A program made the translations under genes and the position numbers. Positions 56,401-64,000 of a stretch of 64,000 nt of DNA are shown one piece after another. The DNA is taken from positions 16,926,001-16,990,000 of the forward strand of contig OZ024750.1 in assembly GCA_964016885.1 (NCBI GenBank). The letters are read 5' to 3'. Position 1 is the stretch's first letter, and every line of letters starts with the position of its first letter. The DNA comes from Eledone cirrhosa. Lineage: Eukaryota. The notes beneath the pieces are model-generated. The model had not been told where the DNA came from, ran no database searches, and saw only the letters and a list, made by a program, of their open reading frames with translations.

Positions 56401-58536
56401 ATGAATGAATGAAAGAAAGAAAGAATGAATGAATAAAAGAAAGAAAGAAAGAAAGAATGAATGAATGAATGAATGAAAGAAAGAAAGAAAGAATGAATGA
56501 ATAAAAGAAAGAAAGATAGAAAGAAAGTCAGGATGAAACAAAGATGATTACAAAAAATATGAATGATTTTTTTTGGTGAGCTCTCTAAAGAAAGAAAGAA
56601 AAAGGGAAGGAAGACAACAAGGTAATTAATTATGGACAACAGCAGTGGCGTTTATGAGATAATTCAAGCTGTTAATTGGAGGAATACCTAAATTGGGAAT
56701 CAGGATTTTCATGTTCAGGTCACTTGTCAGGTGAAATCATATCAGGTCATATCATCTCATGTCATGTTATGTCAGGTCATATCAGGTAAAATAACTAATT
56801 GACCAGGGATGCAAATTTGAAATCTAATAAACAAATATAAAAATGTCTTTGTGTGTGTCTGTATATGTATGTGTATATGTGTATGTTTGTCTGAATTTAT
56901 ATGTATATATTACTGTAATTAACTGGAGCTAACTACTAGTATGCTACTAGTAATAACTACATGTCTATTGTATTTACTAGAATATTACTAGTACTTGAAT
57001 AACAAGCTCTGAACATGGTAGTTATGAAATGTGATCATAGATAGATAATATTCTTTTTGTATTGGACAGGAGGATAGGACTGTCTGTGCTCATGGCTTCC
57101 AACTGATGGAAGGGATCGTTGCCTATGTTTTCATACGTCCGCCGAGTCCACAGATATTTACGCAGTTAGACTTTTTCTTGAACACTTGCAAATCGATGGA
57201 TGCAGAAAAGAACAATATAGCTCAACTCAAACTCAACTCCTGCTCAAATCCCGCTCAGCAGCTCAAATCCAGCTACACTGCAATTCAACTGAAACTCAAC
57301 TATAGCTCAACTGTAGCTCGACAGCAACTCGCCTCAAATAAACTCTCTGTGTCTGAGTGTAAACTAAATTTACACTAGTTTCCCCATGCATTAAAAATAT
57401 ATATATATTTGATTCGGTAGCGTTTCTACAAAATACTCTGTGGTAGCATCATCGACTTATGCTTTTTATATACCACAACCTAATTTCATATCCTGTACAG
57501 GCAAATCCTGCACTTCACCTAGTTTTAATGTATACAGAGACACTTACTTATAAGCGAGGGGGAAAAATCGCACCAAAATTTATAAAAGATCAACTAATCA
57601 TAAAGAAAAAAAGAAAAAAAGAAAAAAAGAAAGAAGGATAAAAGTAAAATGTAAAATATACAATTCGTTTGAAAATAAAAAAAAAATCTGAAAGATGTGA
57701 AAATAAAAACTGAGATAAAGTGAAAAAGGCAAACAGATAAAAAGGCGGGAAAATGTTTATCAATGAAGTAAAAGTGAAAGTAGAAAAAACAAACAAACAA
57801 AAAAGAAGTGAATGTATTGAAAATATAATTCTGATGAAATAAACGGAACGAAAGATTTAAGAAATATAGAGAGATGGAAAAACAAGGAGATAGATAGATA
57901 GAAAGTGGAAATTGATAGACAGAGAGGAGAATGTAAGGAGAAATAGAATGATAGAGAGAGAAAACTAAAGAGACGGAGATACAAAGGGATAACTGCTGTG
58001 TGATAGATAGAAAATGAAAACTAGAGAGAGAGATAGAGATAGATAGATGGAGAGGGAACGCTCGAAAGACAGAGAGAGAGAGAGGGAGGAGAGAGAAGGA
58101 GAGAGAGAGGGGGAGGAGAGGGAGAGAGAGGGGGTAGGAGAGGGAGAGAGAGAGGGGGAGAGAGAGAGGGAGAAAGAGATGGAGAGAGAGGGAACGCTCC
58201 AAAGACAGAGAGAGTGAAAGAAGGAAAGATAAAAATGTATAAATCCATAGAGAGCGAGAGAAATAGATTTCGATAGAAAAGAAATAATATTATTAAAGGA
58301 GGAGAAGGGGGAGTAAAATTGAATAAGATGTATTAGATTTTAATGAGAAGAGCTCTTGAAAAGTCAGTGATTTGGTTAACCATTGTTATTATTCGTCGAT
58401 CAATCTGTTAGTTAATGGCGGGTAGAAGATGTTGAAACTAGAGAAGGGTGGTAGGAGATGTTAACGTTAGAGAGCGGTGATGGTAATAGAAGCTATTAGA
58501 AGAGATGGTAGGGGTTGTTAGCGCTATAAAATGTGT

Positions 58537-58587
<51 letters not shown>

Positions 58588-60068
58588 AGATGGGGGGGGG
58601 GGGTGCTAACAATAGAAGCGGGTGGGAGACGCTAGAATTTCAAGTTGGTGGTAGATGTCACTAGAGAGTGCTGGATGTCACTAGAACTTCTTGTGGGTAG
58701 CTAGTGCTGCTAGGAGTCTAAGTCGGTGGTGGGAGCCGCTAGAAATTGGGGCAGCAAGGAGTTACTGCTCAAGAGACGAGTGAGAGTTTCTAATACTTGG
58801 GGCAGGTGGAGGCTAAAACTAGCTTTTGGTGTGGGAGGTTTTTGTTACTAGGTCTTAGGGCGGAATGTGGATATTGTTAGCATTTGAGGTGAGTGGTGGT
58901 TTTTGCTAACACTTGGGTTGTGTGCTGGTGGTGGATAGAACTTGGGGGCGGGTGGTGATTCCCACTAGCCTTGACGGTGGGTAGGTGCTGTCGCAAACTG
59001 TGGGTGTGGGTTAGAGCAGGTGGAGGCTGTCGTTAGCTTTTGGAGCTGAGCTGTTGGGGAGCTATAACTAACTTTGGATGTAGAATGGGGCGGTTGGACA
59101 GTGTCTCTGACATTGGGGCGAGTGGGGTCTGTGGTTAACTTTTGGAGTGGGTAATGTGATGGGTATCGTTAAGAATTGAGGTGAATGTTGGTCGTTATTT
59201 ATGGCATTGATATACAGTGAAGAATGTGAATGAGTGATCAGCAAATTATATCTAGAGCCAACACGACATTATTTCGTTGGTCTTCCATGATTTTAGTTGG
59301 TACTTAAACACAGATGAACGCTTCGCTAAGATAGATCTCTCAATCTATTTCTTTCTCAATCTCTTTCCCTCTCAGTCTCTCTCTCTCACTCTCTCTCACT
59401 CTCTCTCTCTCTCTCGTTCTCTCTGACTCACTCACTGTCTGTCTGTCTGTGTCTCTTTATCTTCCGAAATACATCGAACCACTACCATACTACTCTCTTA
59501 CTACTATCACAAACGTAATTAGCATGATACTGCTCTCAATACACCAGTCACACACACCTTCACCACCAACACCATGTCCACTAACACCACCACCATCACC
59601 ACCACCACCTCCACAAACACCTCGACGACAACTATCACAACACCAGCGACAATTGCTATTTTTATTACAGTATTACCACCCTATCCCCTCCAAAACCACC
59701 ACAACCACGAGCACCAACACCAGCAGCACCACCACCACCACCACCACCACCACCACCACCACAACAACTAAAATCACTAACCCTATTGCAATTAATATTT
59801 TGTCACAGCGAAAGCCACAACTAATCAACCAGTACAGCTACACTATGAGTAGTACTACCACACTAACACTAGTACAACACTAAACTACTATTAACACTAA
59901 CACTATTACCTTATTGCTACCATTTCTAACACTAATATCGTTACCACTGCAAAATTACTACAAACATCACCCCAACCCTATTACTACAACGAAGACTAAT
60001 ACTACTACTACTATTACTACTACTATTACTACTATTACTCCTACTAGTACTACCACCACCATCACCAT

Positions 60069-60105
<37 letters not shown>

Positions 60106-60289
60106 GTTACTGCTACTACTACTAGTACTACCACCACCACCATCACCATTACTACTACTACTACTACTACCACTACCACAGCTACTACTGGTTCCTCCTT
60201 CTGAATTCCCTTCTCGCCTATGAATATTTCTCTTTCTATCCTTCATACACACACACACAGAGACACTCGCACACACACACACACAGAAA

Positions 60290-60338
<49 letters not shown>

Positions 60339-60452
60339 GTACGCTTTCGGTCGGAATCAGAGAAAATGTTGCTCCATACAAGAAAAATGGAAGATAGAAG
60401 GAAGAAGAAGGGGTAGAGAATGAGGGCAAAAGGGAGATAGATCTATGGGAGT

Positions 60453-60518
<66 letters not shown>

Positions 60519-60519
60519 T

Positions 60520-60551
<32 letters not shown>

Positions 60552-60902
60552 GGAGAAAGATAGATTTAACTATTTGCTACCAAAGTAGGCTGATAATCTT
60601 TCTGCAGTCATCTCCAACTAACCCATAACAAAAACAACAACAACAACAGTTAGATGTGACTAGAGACTAGAGATAAGAGTGTGGAAGGCTGTTGATTTTC
60701 AGAGATGTGTTGGGGTGCTTACCAATGATATGAAACGGGGGGGGGGGGGGGGGTTATTGTGGATTGGATGACACGTGATCTGTTGTTGTTATTGTCGGTG
60801 GTTGTTGTGGTATTGTTCATGGGACGAGTATGTTGTGTTGGTTTGACTGATAAATAAGAGAGCAAAACCAAAGAATATATATATATAAATATATATAAAT
60901 AT

Positions 60903-61115
60903 GGCGTGTGGCTGAGTGGTTAGAGAATTGGATTCACAATCTTGAGGTTGTGAGTTCGAGTCCTGGACCGGTCGATGCGTTATGTCCTTGAGCAAGACAT
61001 TTTATTTTCACGTTGCTCCTTCTACCTGGAGTTGCAACCGATAGATAGTTCTAGCAACTGGAAAGACCGATGGAAACATTGTTTCCTCGGTCCGATTTGA
61101 CGAAAGTCGATCGAT
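60903..61115 (+). mobile_element. tRNA-derived SINE family B with a CORE-like central segment
   Basis: A box TGGCTGAGTGG, B box GAGTTCGAGTCC, then TGTCCTTGAGCAAGACA. Homologues lie at 17443-17652 and 31777-32000. Confidence 0.85.
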
Positions 61116-61404
61116 CCTTTTTATATATAAATATATATATATGTGTATGTGTATGTGTGTGTAAAAGGTAAACAGAAATAACAACACAATCGGTACACTA
61201 TATGGAAGGAAATATATATATGAGTGTGTGTGTGTATTATATTAAAATATGTTATATTAGATATATATATATTGATCCGAGTGGAATAGGGGGTAACCAC
61301 AGTAAATCTTCGTTATATATATATATATATATATATCTTTACTGTTACAGTGGTCCGACGAGCTTTTGATTCCAGGGTCGGGCAAGATTGATACAGATCG
61401 AACC

Positions 61405-61438
61405 TTGAGCTGATCAGTAACGAAACGCGCGTCTCCAA
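61405..61438 (+). ncRNA. Decayed minimal hammerhead-like motif
   Basis: CTGATCA-GTAAC-GAAA-CGCGCG-TC. It has the palindromic stem III ACGCGCGT and a GUC triplet, but G8 is changed and stem II is almost absent. Confidence 0.4.
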
Positions 61439-61507
61439 CCAAGAAACGCAATGAAGGAGTAATCATTCGTCCTTGTATTATTATATTACACTATGTCTAG
61501 CATCCAG

Positions 61508-61915
61508 GGTGGTGGATTGGCAGTATTGGTAGAGCGTCAGACACCATGCTTTGCAGCATAGAGTTATGGACCTTTACGTTCTGAGTTTAATCCTGCCGAG
61601 GTTAACTTTGCTTTTCATTCTTACGGAGTCGATAAAATAAAGTACCAGTCACGCACTGGGGTCAATTTAATCGACTTTCCCTTCCCCGAAAATTACTGGC
61701 CTTGTGCCTAAATAAGAAGCCATTATAATTGTTTCTACTTTGGGCACAAGGCCAGCAATTACCCAGTATATTACTGGTACTTTATATTATCGACCCCGTA
61801 AGGATGAAAGGTAAAGTTAACCTCGGCGGGATTTGAACTCAGTTCGTAGAGGGACGTAACTCTGTGCTGCAAAGCATGGCGTCCGACTCTCTAACGATAC
61901 TGCCAATCCACCGCC
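61508..61915. mobile_element. Two SINE A copies tail-to-tail (61508-61726 +, 61727-61915 -)
   Basis: The second copy is flanked by AAGAA(G/A)CCATTATAAT (61714-29 and 61918-33), so it inserted into the first copy's tail. Confidence 0.88.
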
Positions 61916-62033
61916 TCAAGAAACCATTATAATATAGAGATCTAGTAGGATCTGAACTCAGAATATGAATAAAGTCGATACTAAAATCATTTCATTTTGC
62001 CAGGCTCCCTAATGAACCAAACAAAAACATTAA

Positions 62034-62241
62034 CTCTTTAGCATTTAAACCGGTCACACCCGGCCAGAATCCTGTCACCTCTTTCCGTTCAAACTGGCTG
62101 TAACCGGCTGCTCATACTGACATTAAGGTATTGTACTCAAAATAAATAATATCAAAATCTCATAGATTCAATATTATGTGAGATAAACTGTTTACCGTTA
62201 AAATACAAAAGTAAATATGGAGCAATGTAAATGCTAAAGGG
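62034..62241. mobile_element. piggyBac-type MITE, second copy
   Basis: TTAA-CTCTTTAGCATTTA ... TAAATGCTAAAGGG-TTAA, with an interior homologous to 32752-32972. Confidence 0.85.
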
Positions 62242-62250
62242 TTAAAGTGA

Positions 62251-62709
62251 AATAATTGTTTCTACTTTTGGCACAAGGCCAGCAATTACCCAGTGCATTA
62301 CTGGTACTTTATTTTATCGACCCCGTAAGGATGAAAGGCAAAGTTAACCTCGGAGGGATTTGAACTCAGAATAGCAAGGGCCGTAACTCTATGCGTCAAA
62401 CCATGGCGTCCGACCCTCTACCGATACTGCCATTCGAACCCCCATCTCCTCCTCAACAGGTAGACTTATAGCCATTATAGCAGATATGATTGGAAGATAA
62501 AATAATGAGGTTGATGAAAGGAGAGAGAAAAAACATGAAAGTGAAATACAAATGAAGAAAGTTACGACGAAGAAAAGCTGAAGGAATTATGGAGGAGATG
62601 AAAGAACGAATAGATGTATATATGTGTTTATATGCGTGCATGTATCTGTATATATATATGTATGTGTGTGTGTATGTGTATATATATATATATATATATA
62701 TACATATAT

Positions 62710-62778
<69 letters not shown>

Positions 62779-63552
62779 CCAATGTGTGCGAGGGAAAAGA
62801 TAAAACAAAGAAAAAAGTAAAGGTGAGAATATGAAGAAAGGAAAAGATTGTAAAAGATAATAATTGTTTCTACTTTTGGCACAAGGCCAGCAATTACTCC
62901 AGTGTATTACTTGTACTTTATTTTATCAACCCCCGTAAGGATGAAAGGCAAAGTTAATCTCGGCGAATGATGAAAGATAAGTGTCAGGCATACAGTATGT
63001 TGTGTAAGGGGAGGGGGAGGTAGAAGCTCAGTTGAGAGAGTGTGGGACATGGTTTAACTATTAGTATTGGGACATGATAGGATATATATATATAGTAATA
63101 ATTGTTTCTAATTTTGGCACAAGGCCAGCAAATACCTAGTGTATTACTGGTACTTTATATATATATATAGTAATAATAATAAATGTGAAGACTAAAATCC
63201 GAAGAGGGCTCGATAAGGATAATATATATATATCAAATATATATATCAGAAGATCCCTTTAAGGGTGAAAGCAGCGATTCTTTGCTTAAACTTTAATCTG
63301 ATATCTTAATATATATATATATATATATATACAGTGATTATGGTGTATTGGCAGAGTCGGTAGATTTACGTTCTTTTCTGTTCTGAGTATTTCTACTTTT
63401 GGCACAAGGCCAGCAATTGTTCCAGTGTATTACTGGTACTTTATTTTATCGACCCCGTAAGGATGAAAGGCAAAGTTAACCTCGGCGGGATTTGAACTCA
63501 GACCATAAAGGGACGTAACTCTTTGCTGCAAAGCATGGCGTCCGACCCTCTA
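62251..63552 (-). mobile_element. Cluster of SINE A copies and fragments (62251-62432, 62857-62965, 63098-63157, 63390-63552)
   Basis: All share TTTCTA(C/A)TTTTGGCACAAGGCCAGCAA..TACTTTAT on the plus strand. Confidence 0.85.
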
Positions 63553-63718
63553 TAATAAAACTGAAGTGATATACAACTAGCACGCACCTGCTTTTGATTA
63601 GCAGTTTGGCTCTCAAAAATTACAACAAAATTTGTTTCAATACACGATTTGACATCAGAACCCTGCAAAACAAATGCACAAACAAAACATAATATAACAC
63701 AATATAATATATATATAA

Positions 63719-63840
<122 letters not shown>

Positions 63841-64000
63841 AGGAATTTGTAGTTTACTTGAAGCATTGTATATGGTATAAGGAATTCGAAGTTTGAAAGT
63901 CATGACAGTGCGAAATAGACACTGGAATACATCCTTTATTTTCCTCGGAAGAAGAGATGTTAATCTTGAAATATTAGGACATATAAATAAATTAAGGTAA

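Noticed and set aside
56710-56790. AGGTCA nuclear-receptor site cluster
   Set aside because: It is explained by a degenerate 5/10-bp simple repeat.
60903-60975. tRNA gene
   Set aside because: The A and B boxes are the head of a multi-copy SINE that continues into a shared body.

Overview
AT-rich eukaryotic, non-genic (intergenic or intronic) DNA crowded with microsatellites (TA, CA, GA, TATG, TATC, TAA, CAC, CAA, CAT, GAA) and minisatellites. The repeat style suggests an octopod cephalopod, which is an inference. No host gene is supported, and almost every ORF in the track is a repeat artefact. The real coding content is retrotransposon. It comprises one apparently intact L1/Tx1-clade LINE (ORF1 45092-46879; ORF2 46904-50341 with APE, RT and zinc finger), several truncated relatives, a Dong/R4-type endonuclease fragment lying in (TAA)n, and two RTE-type 3' ends. 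There are also many copies of two tRNA-derived SINE families, plus piggyBac-type and hAT-type MITEs. The most striking unexplained structure is a set of about ten fold-back (palindromic) insertions inside microsatellites. They belong to several families, and their turn-around points fall on or next to hammerhead-ribozyme cores. One of these hammerheads is fully canonical (3951-4011) and others have variant cores. This fits Penelope-like or retrozyme-type elements that home to microsatellites. The main SINE shares its 3' tail with the Tx1 family, which points to a Tx1-SINE partnership. All of this was read by eye; no alignment, folding or database search was run.
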